DNA of 64,000 bases from Amphiscolops sp. MND2022 (lineage: Eukaryota). Made by a program: the position numbers and the translations under genes. Under the pieces are notes generated by a model that was not told the origin of the DNA, searched no databases, and saw nothing but the letters and a program-made list of their open reading frames with translations. Position 1 is the first letter of the stretch. Every line of letters begins with the position of its first letter. The stretch is from assembly GCA_964187785.1 (NCBI GenBank), contig OZ076409.1, forward strand, positions 5,396,001-5,460,000, written 5' to 3'. Positions 1 to 12,020 of the stretch are shown piece after piece.

Positions 1-1
1 C

Positions 2-421
2 TCTATTTTCAGCAGCAACTGCGGGTCGTCCTCCTGCAGCAGCTCTGGCAACGACGTTAGGGTACGCCTCCAATGCCAAACGTTGGAGGTCAGTGAGGAA
101 GTCTTGGGCGCTTTCCTCGGACGATTTCAATTTTCTGGCTGAGAAGATGAGTTTCTGCAATTGAACGCGCTGGTCGTTCTGGTATCTCTCACGAAGTGCA
201 GCTACGGCGAGATCATAGTCAACTCTCGTGGCTTCGGGCAGTTGATCGAAGAATGTTAATGCACCACCCTTAAGGTGCAAATGCAGATACTGATGACGAT
301 CATTATCGGCAATGCCTGCAATTTGGATGCAGCTTGCAAGTTGTCTGAGGAACTCATTTAAATTTTCTTTTTCTGTACCTTTGAAGGGTTGAAGATTTAC
401 AAAAGGTTGAATTGCGGCCAT
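2..421 (-). CDS. gag: Ty3/Gypsy-type Gag (capsid) N-terminal part, runs off the window start
   Basis: Manual translation from ATG at 421 is open to the edge: MAAIQPFVNLQPFKGTEKENLNEFLRQLASCIQIAG...LHLKGGALTFFDQLPEATRVDYDLAVAALRERY...ESAQDFLTDLQRLALEAYP, a retrotransposon Gag pattern; lies downstream of an LTR and PBS. Confidence 0.85.
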   Translation of the reverse strand, partial: MAAIQPFVNLQPFKGTEKENLNEFLRQLASCIQIAGIADNDRHQYLHLHLKGGALTFFDQLPEATRVDYDLAVAALRERYQNDQRVQLQKLIFSARKLKSSEESAQDFLTDLQRLALEAYPNVVARAAAGGRPAVAAENR

Positions 422-655
422 TGAGAAAGAAGTATTGTTTTTGTTTTCAAGAGCGATTTGAATTTGTCAGAAGAAAGCAATGAGATTTTGTTGAAATGAA
501 TTTTATTATTCAGTCAGCAGCAGAAGTGAAGAGAAGAGGTTTTGTCAGCATTATCAGCATGTTATTGTTAGTGAAGTGAGTTTATTGTAGAGAGAGTGGC
601 ACTTGAGCATTGTTATATTTTAAGTGATTTTGGTTTCTGGAGAAAAGGAGAATAG

Positions 656-667
656 CTCCTGTCACCA
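656..667 (-). promoter_or_regulatory. Primer binding site TGGTGACAGGAG (probably tRNA-Leu-like)
   Basis: TGG start directly after the LTR terminal CA; identical 12-mer at 30678-30689. Confidence 0.75.
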
Positions 668-1080
668 TGTCATAGATCAAAAAGTTTAGGCAGAGCGGTG
701 GAAAAGTTTTATTCATTTTGGCAAATCTTCTAGGAGCTGAAGGGTTCTCTCCTATTGAGATTCTCCGGAAAGTGAGAGTTGATGTTTTGAATAATTAATT
801 AGAGTGTTTCAGAGAGATGAAGTTATTTACAAAATGTAAGAAGGAGTTTAGCATAGTTGAAGATATACTCAAAATATCGAAAAGAAATGATAGAGGTTCT
901 GGTTGAACGTGTTTATAGTTCACTAGTTCTCTCAGTTGTGTGTCAGGTCCACTTCCAGTGCTACAGAGGCTTTCTCATCGTATTCGTGTTGATCTGTGAT
1001 TGGCTGCCACATCTGATTAGTCCACGTCTGTCCTGTGAATACTTGAACGAAATTTTGTACATGATTCTTGAATCATGACA
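668..1080 (-). mobile_element. 5' LTR (413 bp) of a Gypsy-type retrotransposon extending left of the window
   Basis: Bounded by TGTCAT...ATGACA inverted termini; followed on the minus strand by PBS TGGTGACAGGAG (656-667) and then gag. Confidence 0.8.
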
Positions 1081-1552
1081 CATCGCCACTACAAAATTGA
1101 ATTTTTCGTTTGATTAAAAATGATCATGCTCCGTTGAAATTGATTAAAAGTGTGGCTCTTTTCTCTGAACGTTCAAGAAACGGTCATAAGTAGGCTCCAA
1201 ACAAACAAACAAACTATCCCCAGTGGCTGACAGTTACTTGTGCGAGTTCACGTGGAGACAACAAATCAAAAGATTTATTTGAAGAAATGTTAAACGATAT
1301 AGCCAAATATAATCCTTTATGTTGAATTTTTTTCTTTGAAATTGTGGGGAAAAGGAAAAAGAGCCGCAATTCTTATCATTAAAAAACTCACATCATCAAT
1401 TTGAAAAAAGACAACTTTTATTGGACAAACAGTTCATTGCAAAAAAAGAAAATGTTAAAACTCCATTTTGAGTTCAATCATTGAAAATATGCGTTGCAAT
1501 TTTACTATGGCAACTCACTTCAACTTTCTCGACAATTCTGATTGGAAGTAGT

Positions 1553-1950
1553 TTTGTAGTCGGTGCCTTTCTCAAGAAAAGAGCCGACTATAGTCATGAC
1601 TTTTCGTCAGTGTTTTTTTCGATACACCTTAAGTGACCCAAATAGTTCTACCAAAAGTTCTGCAAAATTTTAAATTGTACCTGTTGGCCAAACTTTTCAC
1701 CAAAGGGTCCCTCCTTCGTTTTTTTTGGAGTTTTGCGACAGAATGGATGAAAAATCTCAAAGCGTCCCCCCTGGCACGCCAATTCGGTCCAACTTTTGGT
1801 TTTTCGGGTGCTGTAGAAGAGAATACTTTGATACATTTCAGAAAAAGCCATTTTCGAGTCTCAAGGGTACCTCCGGGTATTTTTGGCTCCCAAATATTTC
1901 AAACACTCTGTTTTTTCTTCAACCTTGAGCGAGGAGCCGACTTGAGTCCA
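1553..1950 (+). mobile_element. Degenerate copy of abundant Helentron/HINE-like non-autonomous repeat (family A)
   Basis: 5' TAGTCGGTGCC, 3' GAGCCGACTT subterminal inverted motif, internal AAGGGTCCC motifs shared with many copies in the window. Confidence 0.5.
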
Positions 1951-2630
1951 AACGAGACTACCCCTCTTGATTTATAAGCCTCTGGGTGGATGTAATTTAT
2001 TCTGTAATTTATTGAAAATAGGTCCAACTTAAGTAACGTGGTTCTGTGTTTTTTGAGCCTGAATTGGGATGCCAACTTAGAAAAAAACTTTTTCAGAGAT
2101 GCTATTTTTTGTTTCCGCCCTCGTTGAATGAAGTTTTTCAATGATATATGGAAATGCCTGCTCCACTATTTGCGAATTAGAAGTTGAATTATAGTGGAAG
2201 AGTTTGCTGAAAGCTTGAAATGTCTCAGTTATTTTTTTCTTTGATATTTTTTGCTATTTGGTCATTTGACATTTTAGGTCTGACATCAATCTAATTAGAT
2301 GATTGGATCTGAAAATTGTCTGAACCGCAAATGATGGCACAGATTTCATCTGAATGTTAATAAAGATTTGCATGATTCCCGCAAAAAAATGCTGCCATTT
2401 TGAATTTGTGCTTAAGAAGTATTTTACAGATTCGAGTGAGAAGTACGTCGCCTACGTTCCGAAAACCGCTGATTTCCCTTTCCTGATAAACGGCTTTTTC
2501 ATATGGAAAAGAAATTGGACGACAATTCATAGATTTTCACTTCAAATTAAAAATTTGACGTCTTTGAAGTGAAATGTCAATAATTGTTTTTTTCTATATT
2601 TACATTCACGTTTTAAAAACTTCAAATTTT

Positions 2631-3197
2631 TAGGAGTCGGAAAAAATTTTCGACTACTTATGCAATCGTGCTGTTTTTAGGAGTCGGAAAAAATTTTCGA
2701 CTACTTATGCAATCGTGCTGTTTTTTTGTTTTTTTTCTCCCGACCTTTTCATGAAAACTTCAAATTTCTCAACAACTGTCCATACGATTTTCACAAAATT
2801 TTGCACAGTCATTCTACACCCAAAGGGGCCCCTGCGTGTGCAAAAGCATCAAAGTCGTATGGCTGGGATGTGAGAAACATAGCCAAATTTAGCCAAAAAA
2901 TGGCCAAAAACAGCCATTTTTCGACTTTTTTCGATTTTCTCAAAAACTGTCCATACGATTCGAACGAAATTTTCTACAGTCATTCTACAACATATTATGG
3001 TCCTTTATGTGCAATTTCATTAAATTCGTATGGCTGGGATGTGAGAAACATACCCAAAAATAGCCCAAAAATGGCCAAAAACAGCCATTTTTCGATTTTT
3101 TCGATTTTCTCACAAACTGTTCATACGATTCGTACGAAAGCGAGTCAGAAGGAAAAAGACTTAAGCCGACTCCTTTACCGCATATGCGGCTCTGGTT
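2631..3197 (+). mobile_element. Helentron/HINE-like element (family B) with internal ~171-bp repeat units
   Basis: Sub-TIR AGGAGTCGG / CCGACTCCT, 3' palindrome CCGCATATGCGG then CTGG and a T-run; 5' 47-bp end duplicated in tandem. Confidence 0.6.
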
Positions 3198-3341
3198 TTT
3201 TTAATTTTTTTCTCCCGACCTTTTCATGAAAACTTCAAATTTCTCAAAAACTGTCCATACGATTTTCACAAAATTTTGCACAGTCATTCTACACCCAAAG
3301 GGGCCCCTGCGTGTGCAAAGGCATCAAAATCGTATGGCTGG

Positions 3342-5820
3342 GTGAGTGGGGGCATCCCCAAAAATTGTTCTGAGGGATGGGTAGGGCCCCTATCCCGAGA
3401 TCGAGGGCGGAGCTAAATAACAACCATATCCAAAATGTAAACTTTTAGTGAGATCTCGAAAACTGTCCGTAGCATTGGGCTGAAACTTTGCACACGTGCA
3501 CAACTCGATATTCTAAGCACTTTTTTCCTCTGACGTTTTGCCGAAATGATCTTTGGTTTTTTTGAAAACGACTTTTTCAGTTTTTTCTCAATCATGACCT
3601 CATAACTTGTCTCAGAGTACTCGGAGCGATTCAGACGTGGACCACAATATTGTTCAACGGTTCGTAGGGAGTGTGCAGGGCAATTTTGGCGGATGGAAAT
3701 CGGATGGAAACAAAGTGAGCAATAGAGAAATTTCCAAGAATTTTTTTTGAAAAAATATTTTTTTTAACATTTTTGCCCAAATTTTCAAAGACACAGTCAC
3801 AGTGGGTAGTTTCTGCCCAAATTATTGCTCAACAAGACCATTTGGCCTATTTGCGGCAGTTTTAGCGTACCAGCATTGCCGGTGAAAAAATATGTGACTT
3901 CGAACATTCAAAATGTTTTTTTTTTCGATTTGACTTTTTTGTTCATCTTCAAGCCGCTCAAAGGTAAGAAACTTCCACACAACTTAGATTGCAAGTGGAT
4001 GCATGTGGAAAGTACTCTGATGGACGAGAAAAATGGGCTATAGAACAACTCTCTATCTTAATCTGACGTTGACTTATGATGTTTTGGATATGCGATTGAG
4101 AAATGTTAAAATTTTCAAAAAATGAAAATGGAAGACAAGTCTCATTGAAAACTTATGTTCAGCAGAGCTGTTCAATTGACGTAGTTTAGTGTACCAACAC
4201 TCATCAATTTTTTCGACCTATTTTAAAAAAGTGTTGAAGTCTGCATTAAGTATCAGTTAACAAGACATACTCAAGTACATTCTCATCTCTCCCCACTGTC
4301 GGGGGAGATGAGAATGTACACTTCGAAAGCCAAAATATGCTACCTTCTCAACTTCTTCAACCTCGTCAACCGGCACGCAGACGACACAAAACTGTTTCCA
4401 GTAACTCCATGACTTTTAGCTGTAGGTTCTTTAAAAATATCGCAGTGGTGATACTAAGTGCTCCAAAATTGAATACATATAGTTAACCATGGAAATACTT
4501 TAAGAACATCTGTCATCGTGATAAATTTTTCGCACCCATCCACTAGCTTATCCTGTGAGGACGTGCATCCGTCTTGGTGATTGGGGAATCCCCAAAAATT
4601 GTTCTGAGGGATGGGTAGGGCCCCTATCCCGAGATCGAGGGCAGAGCTAAATAACAACCATATCCAAAATGTAAACTTTTGAGTACGATCTCGAAAACTG
4701 TCCTTAGCAGTGGGCTGAAACTTTGCACACGTGCACCACTCGATTTTCTAAGCACTTTTTTGTTCTGACGTTTTGCCGAAAAGATCTTTGGTCATGCCGA
4801 AAAACCCTATTTTTTCAAGAAAAAACGACTTTTTTCAGTTTTTTCTCAATTATGACCTAATAACTTGTCTCAGAGTGCTCGGAGCGATTCGGACATGGCC
4901 CACAATATTGTTCAACGGGGAGTGTGCAGGGCAATTTTGGCGCCAATCGGATGGAAAAGCAGTGAGGAAGAGACAAATTCCGAGAAAAAGTTTTTTCTAC
5001 CATTTTTGCCCAAATTTTCAAAGATACAGTCACAGTGGGTAGTTTCTGCTCAAATTAGTGCTCAACATAACACCTTGGCCTAGTTGCGGCAGTTTTAGCG
5101 TTCCAGCACTGTCTAGTCAAAAAAAATATGTGATTTCGAATATTCAAAAAATAATTTTCGACTTGACTTTTTTGTTCAACTTCAGGCTGCCCAAAGGTAA
5201 ACTTCCACACAACTTAGACTGCAAGTGGATGCATGTGGAAAGTACTCGGATAGACGAGAAAAATGGGCTATAGAGCAACTCTCTATCTTAAGTTGACGTT
5301 GACTTTTGATGTTTTGAGTGTGCGATTGAGAAGTGTTAAAATTGTCAAAAAATGAAAATGGAAGACAAGTCTCATTGAAAACTTATCGATAGACGTTCAA
5401 CCAACCGCAGAGCTGTTCAATTGACCTAGTTTAGTGCACCAATACTCATCAATGTTTTTGACCTCTTTTAAAAAGTGTTGAAATGTGCATTAGGTATCAG
5501 TTAACAAGAAATACTCAAGTACATTCTCATCTCTCCGAACTGCCGGGGGAGGTGAGAATGTACACTTCGAAAGCCAAAATATGCTACCTTCTCAACTTCT
5601 TCAACCTTGTCAACTGACACGCAGAAGACACAAAACTGTTTCCAGTAACTCCATGACTTTTACTGTAGGTTCTGTAAAAATATCGCAGTGGTGATACTAA
5701 GTGATCCAAAATTGATTACATATAGTAAACCATGGAAATACTTTAGGAACATCTGTCATCGTGATAAACTTTTCGCACCCAGTCACTAGCCAATCCTGTG
5801 AGGACGTGGCATCCGTCTTG
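3342..5820 (+). repeat. Head-to-tail dimer of a ~1.24-kb element (3342-4576 and 4577-5820)
   Basis: Both copies begin GTGA(G/T)TGGG...CCCCAAAAATTGTTCTGAGGGATGGG and end GAGGACGTG(G)CATCCGTCTTG; colinear throughout. Confidence 0.85.
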
Positions 5821-6790
5821 GATGTGAGAAACATAGCCAAAATAAGCGCAAAAATGGCTGAAAAACAGCCATTTTTCGACTTTTTTCGATTTTCTCAAAA
5901 ACTGTCCATACGATTCGAACGAAATTTTGTACAGTTATTCTACACCATATTGGAGTCCTATATGTGCAATGACATCAAAATCGTATGGCTGAGGTGTGAG
6001 AAACAGCCAAAATTAGCCCAAAAATGGCCAAAAAACAGCCATTTTTCGACTTTTTTCGCTTTTCTCAAAAACTGTACATACGATTCGAACGAAATTTTCT
6101 ACAGTTATTCTACACCATATTTGAGTCCTATATGTGCAATGGCATCAAAATCGTATGGCTGGGATGTGAGAAACATAGCCAAAATTAGCGCAAAAATGGC
6201 TGAAAAATAGCCATTTTTCGACTTTTTTCAATTTTCTCAAAAACTGTTCATACGATTCGAACAAAATTTTCTACAGTTATTCTACATCATATTAGAGTCC
6301 TATATGGGCAAAGGCATTAAAATCGTATGGCTGGGATGTGAGAAGCATAGCCAAAATTAGCCCAAAATTGGCCAAGAAACAGCCATTTTTCGACTTTTTT
6401 CGCTTTTCTCAAAGACTGTCCATACGATTCGAACGAAATTTTCTACAGTTATTCTACACCATATTAGAGTCCTATATGTGCAATGGCATCAAAATCGTAT
6501 GGCTGGGATGTGAGAAACATAGCCAAAATTAGCCCAAAATGGCCAAAAAACAGCCATTTTTCGACTTTTTTTGATTTTCTGAAAAACTGTCCATACGATT
6601 CGAACGAATTTTTCTACAGTTATTTTACACCTTATTAGAGTCCTATATGTGCAATGGCATCAGAATCGTATGGCTGGGATGTGAGAAACATAGCCAAATT
6701 TAGCCCAAAAATGGCCAAAAAAACAGTCATTTTTCGATTTTTTCGATTTTCTCACAAACTGTTCATACGATTCGAACGAAAGCGAGTCAG
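5821..6790 (+). repeat. Tandem array of 170-172-bp units (about 5.5 copies)
   Basis: TCGTATGGCT recurs at 5981, 6151, 6323, 6495, 6666; same unit at 2760-3340. Confidence 0.92.
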
Positions 6791-7718
6791 AAGGAAAAAG
6801 ACTTAATTCGACTCCTTTACCGCATATGCGGCTCTAGTTTTTAAAAGGTAAGGGCTTTTTCAAGCAAAACCATCACATTAATGTTAATGATAAATGATTT
6901 TCGCTTTATCGGAAAAACGAAAACAACCGCTTTAGGCTCAATTGGAATAGGCTGCTTTTCGAAACCTCCATACTACCGAAGACTTCAAAACAATGACCAT
7001 TGAAAATTTCAAATCAAACCTCTCAAGCTATCAAAAAATGAAAAAAATAGGGAGCTGGTAGCATCTGGCGGATAAAAAGGACAACGTTGAGCAGTCAGAC
7101 TTTTATGACATTGAGCAAGTCACTTTGAAACCACAGCTTCAAGTCCACCATTACTTGACCTCTTGGCTGAAAATATGGTACCATAGCTTGCTATGGGGAG
7201 ATAACCGCTTTTTGCGACGAATAACAGAATTGGATTTCGTTAAAAACACTTGTACGACTGCCTCTAGAGTTAGATGTCATTCTATCTAAATAATGCAAAC
7301 TTTCGACATCAATTTCGTTTGTCGACGAAAATCTCATCGCAAAAGATATCGTCCAAGAGGTTCGAATCGTCTTGGGAAATGTTGAGTGGAAGCAAAACTT
7401 TTTGGTTTGTTAAATTCAGAATTGAAGATTAACATAGAGTCCGTCTATACTTGAGTGGAACCGGAGACTTTTAACAAGTTACATCCTTGAGCTAGGTGTT
7501 TGGAGTGCGAAACGTGGCAGTGTTGGTTTCCAAGCTTGTTGACTGGGCTGGGCGCATTTCCGGTAAAGTGAGGTAATCGTACGTAACGAAACATTTTCTA
7601 ATCAGCCCAGAATTCAAAGCGCAAATGTACTCAGCTTTCTAGTCCACATGACATAGTAGTCACTTACCAAAATCGATTTGCCATAAGCGGCACTCACAGT
7701 CACTTGTACTTGGAGGAA

Positions 7719-8830
7719 GGAATGAATGAATGAATGAATGAATCAATGAATGAACGAATGAACAATTTATTATTAATTTGTTACCCAAGGGCGTACACTT
7801 TACAAAACAAAATAATAATTACCTTGTACTAGTTGTATGAGCTTTACAGATGAGCTGCAAAGAGCAAAAAGTTATTTGAAAAACTAGATGTTCATAGAAT
7901 TCATTAACTGGTCATATTTCGTCATATTTGGATACGAGTTTGAAAATTCCGGAAGAAGTTCAACCCTTCTACTTCTAAATTAGTAACACACCATAATCAA
8001 GTGGTCTTCGTCCGCTTTACATTGTTTACGGCAAAAGGACAATTTTAGCCTTGGTTGTCCGTGATTTTTTTCCTCGGTGACGTGCATGATGCACAGCAAA
8101 ATTGGCTCAGTTGTCACCTTTGCTTGCCCTTCAGGTTTTGTCTATAGGGTTTTAGTAGCACCCGATGTTTGAATTCCATACAGCAATCCCAATGTGAGGT
8201 GAAATGTAGCATCGTATGCCAGGACTAAATTACTAAGTCTTCGCATTGTCACCAAACATTTTTCTTGAACTCAGCGTCGCAGATGTAATTCACGTATGCA
8301 TCTACCATAAAGTTTCCGCAACTTACCATAATTTTTTCCACACTCAATATCCATTTGTTCTCATATTCGTTGGAATTGATTAGCCAAATCATCGTAGTCG
8401 CGAAATTTTTTTCATTGTGTTTTTTTCCAACAAGATGTCATTTGCCATACTGTATATATGAGTTCTTGCTGGAACTCCTCATATGTCGTTGCTCTAGGAG
8501 AAAAGTTTTAAACTCTTAGCTCACGTGCGAGAAAATAACAAAGAAACGTTGCGACCAGTTCAGTGTTCTCATGGCCCCACACTTCACCCACAGCCATGTA
8601 GGAAAATGTGTATTATCATCACGTCAAAAAGTGTATTTTGGTGTACGTTTCCAGATCTATTTTACTAATCCGAACATCCGGCTCGATTAGTGCTTTTTTA
8701 GATTTGTCGACACTGTTGTACTTGAACATGACCCCGAGGTACCAATATGTATCGACACGCTCAAATGCAGTTCTATTAACATAAAGATTTAGTTTTTTCC
8801 TAATTTGTCCTCGTGAAGAAAAGGATTTTT
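7719..8830 (-). pseudogene. 5'-truncated, decayed non-LTR retrotransposon (LINE) RT C-terminus with microsatellite tail
   Basis: Minus-strand remnants FERVDTYWYLGVMF (YLG motif) and GEVWG; ends in AATAAA followed by an (ATTC)n tail at 7719-7762. Confidence 0.6.
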
Positions 8831-9929
8831 TATTTCGGATAAATTTATTGTCATTTTATTCTCATTGCAGTAGTTCAGGGTTGCGTCGAGAGCTCGTTGC
8901 GTACCTTCTTCAGTTTTTCTTCCGGAATGTATTTGAGGACCATGTGTTTAATTTCCCCCATGAACACCTTGTTTCGAATCCCCCAACACGAAAGCACTAT
9001 TTGTTCATCAATAAAAATAGGAATATATTATATGAATGTTAATACTCAGAGGATTGTCTCTACAACTGTTTTGACACTTCAGGCAAAAAATTACCCTAAT
9101 GTTTTGATTTTATTGCCCAGAATAGCAGAAATTCACGCTTAGAACAAGCTAAAAGCGTATAAATTGGCCCCTATTTCTACGCAAATTTTCTCCGTGACAA
9201 ACTCTAATGAGCAACTTTTAACTGACAGTCAATGTAATGGATAGGATTATGTTGACGTCAATTATTTTTTTTGGATGACCGAAGTTCCAACGGAAACGAT
9301 TTAGTATTTAAACCTTGTGTGTCATTTTTCCCCTGGGGCCGCTTGGGGGGATTGAACACATGGTCCGTATTTAAATATATTTTTGCAACCCTGATGGGTA
9401 CATAGAGATAACCAAATAACTGACTTTGCATAGTTTTGGTAGTGACACCTAAGTGATGGCTCAAGTTACGTAACATAGTTACGTCACGTGAGCTGCATTG
9501 TTGAAAAACTTGTATAATAATAACGAGATTTTTTCAGTATTATATATTGAAAATGAATCTCTTTGAATTAGTTATGATTAGAGACTAAAAATATAAAATC
9601 CTCGCGCCTGGAGCATTTCTGATGAGCATATCTACTAGAACCCCAAAGGGTTCCTCTTTTCCAAAATAGCTGCTAGACTATAAAGTAAATTTATTATTTT
9701 TTTCAGAATTTCGACTTTATTTTAAAAGTTGAATATTACCGCTAGACATTCTTTTCCACTACGAGGTTCAATTATTTATATTTTATTGTTTTGTATTTGT
9801 ATGATTAAGTTTTTCACAAGCAAATTTCTGCAGATGAGCCATTATTATTTGTCAGTATTTACGTCATTCTTTCACGCATTTATGTCAAGAAAAAAAAAGA
9901 AACACGTCAGCATTTCAGCGCAAATTGAT

Positions 9930-10338
9930 TCTTTTCTGTCCCCCCCCCACCACCAAAGTTTTTGAAAATAACTTTCCTTAAAAACTTTAGACTATCCTAA
10001 TTAAAAGTAAAACCGTCTTTCATAACAGGAAGTTAACTTCTATTAGAGTAGTTTTCTGCTTGAACAAAACGTTGTTCACGCATTTCGACTATAATCATGT
10101 TCGTATTAAGTGTTTATTGATGACTCAAAACAGGAAGCTGTTGATTTCTTCATCAAAAATGCGTGACTACTTAAGGAAAAAGCGTGAACAAAGTTTGCAT
10201 TTGAATCCTTAACTATCACCTTGAGAATAAGTTTAAAATTGAAGTTTTCTGGTTTGTATTCAAATCTATTTGTTATAATATTTTCACTAATTTTCCAGGA
10301 AAATTTTGATGGTTGGGGGGGGGGGCAGAAAAGAGGCC
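9930..10338. mobile_element. ~400-bp MITE-like element (family C)
   Basis: Inverted ends TTTCTGTCCCCCCC / GGGGGGGCAGAAA; an inverted copy at 17907-18304 and partial copies near 12050-12380, 33175-33395, 40225-40470, 41885-42210. Confidence 0.6.
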
Positions 10339-11469
10339 GCAAATTTCACAAGATGACAAAAACTCGAATCATGCCCGTTATATCTTTTCATCTTCTCGTT
10401 TGATTGATCAAACTTCCTTTGCAATTCTGATTAAAGCAATACCTCGGTAAACAAGGAAGTTAGAACTGGTTTAATCACTTCATATAAGCGTCAGAAGTTT
10501 TGAAATGTTTTGCAGTACCGGAACTTAGTTGTGGCAAATTCCATTTGTTATACGAATGAAGAGTTTCCTTCGACTTTTAGTTGAATTGTTGTACATTGTC
10601 GCACAAATTCTCGATCAAAACAATTCAGTGGGTTCAGGAGATCATAAGGAGTCTCAGAAAGAATAGAATTTCTGAAAAAAACTACTCAATCCTCGAAAAA
10701 CTCAAATTTCAAGAAAATTTTTCAATTTGCATTTTCCAACTTTTTATTTTCGGCCTACATATAATAAAGGGGATCATGATCTGTGTTGCGTTTTTTCCAA
10801 ATTCTTCCAAAATTCCACTTTATCTTCACTCCACTTCACTTAGTTACTTGACTATTTTTTAGTTACTTGACTATTTTACTAGTATCTAAAATTGCGCCAG
10901 GGCGCCGTTGGTCGTGCGTGTGCCTGACAGACATTTGGTCGTAGGTTCGAACCCGTGCTGATGCGATACATTTTTCCCGGTGCTTAGTGGGCGTCTTGTT
11001 CAGTATGAAACAAATTTTGGAAACTAGACAGAATTCTAAACTTTTGTAGTTGGCAAATTTTTGGATTCGTGACATTTTACGAGAAATTTGGTTTCGAATT
11101 TTGCCATTTTGAGCAATGAGGTTGCGATATTTTAGAACGCTAGTGTGCCGCAACTCTATAAGCCTATGTGTCTGAATTAGGAAAGAAAGAAAAATTAATT
11201 GAATTGGGTATATACCATGATGTTCCATTCGAAACTAGGTTTTATGTGTTTCTCGGCGTTTTCATTTCAGAACCTTCAGTTACTTTTTTTCGTGGATATG
11301 AGGTGTGAAATTGACGACTTAGCCAGGAAGCATCGTGTAAGAATATACGAGGAAAAATATTTTTGAAATGCAAGTTTTGCCTATTTTCTGTACCTCCAAA
11401 ACCCCCCTCCCCCACCCAACCATCAAAATGCTTTGGGCAAAATATACAGAAGTTTTTCAAAATGGCACC

Positions 11470-12020
11470 CCTGGTTGGAACTGCTTGAACTTTTTACATG
11501 TTTTTGTAGGTTACCAACCTAATTTTCCATGATTTTATAAAGTTCTCAATGAAACGTCCAATGAACAAAACTTCACTGATTCAATTTAATCTTATCAAGC
11601 TGCCTATAAAATGCATCCTAAATTTGGCGGCAATTTTGCGCCGCAAAGTTTTGCAGGTTTCATTAAGACGCCGTTCTAATTTTGAAAGCAGCTGAGACCG
11701 TCATCAATTTTACCGATGCTTTTTACCGTCATCAATTTTTGCTTTCAATGCAAATGAACTTCAGTCTTGTTATAAGTTTCAAAGTAGCGTCATATTCAGC
11801 GTGCTATCTGACTAACGGTGATTACATAACATACTTACTTGAGGAAGTTACGCGTGAAAACAAAGTGATCACTGTGGTGAAGAAGTGGAAATGTTTTCAG
11901 TTTAAATTGAAATAGTGGAAGCTGCATTGTAATCCTACAAAATGTTTCCATGCAGGCTCCCGGAATTTTCCATGTCTTGTAAAAAATTAGCCTGCATCTT
12001 TCCATGCAGCATGTAAAAAG
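11470..12020 (+). repeat. Dispersed ~550-bp repeat, second copy at ~15645-16190
   Basis: Both start TGGTTGGAACTGCTTGAA and share TAGCGTCATATTCAGCGTGCTAT...GAAGAAGTGGAAATGTTTTCAG. Confidence 0.75.

Larger units (their letters stand above)
3203..6837 (+). mobile_element. Second family-B HINE-like element, interrupted by a 2.5-kb nested insertion
   Basis: Same unit sequence; ends CGACTCCTTTACCGCATATGCGGCTCTAG followed by T-run (hairpin + CTAG). Confidence 0.6.

Noticed and set aside
2726..6532. ORFs of 60-167 aa in the satellite and dimer region
   Set aside because: Translations of tandem repeat units with no protein features.
5821..6790. CRISPR-like array
   Set aside because: Whole 171-bp units repeat with no unique spacers; eukaryotic context, no cas genes.
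10894..10970. tRNA gene (GGTTCGAACCC B-box); similar at ~22850-22910 and ~23355-23425
   Set aside because: No convincing cloverleaf; probably decayed tRNA-derived SINE heads or repeat-internal motifs.
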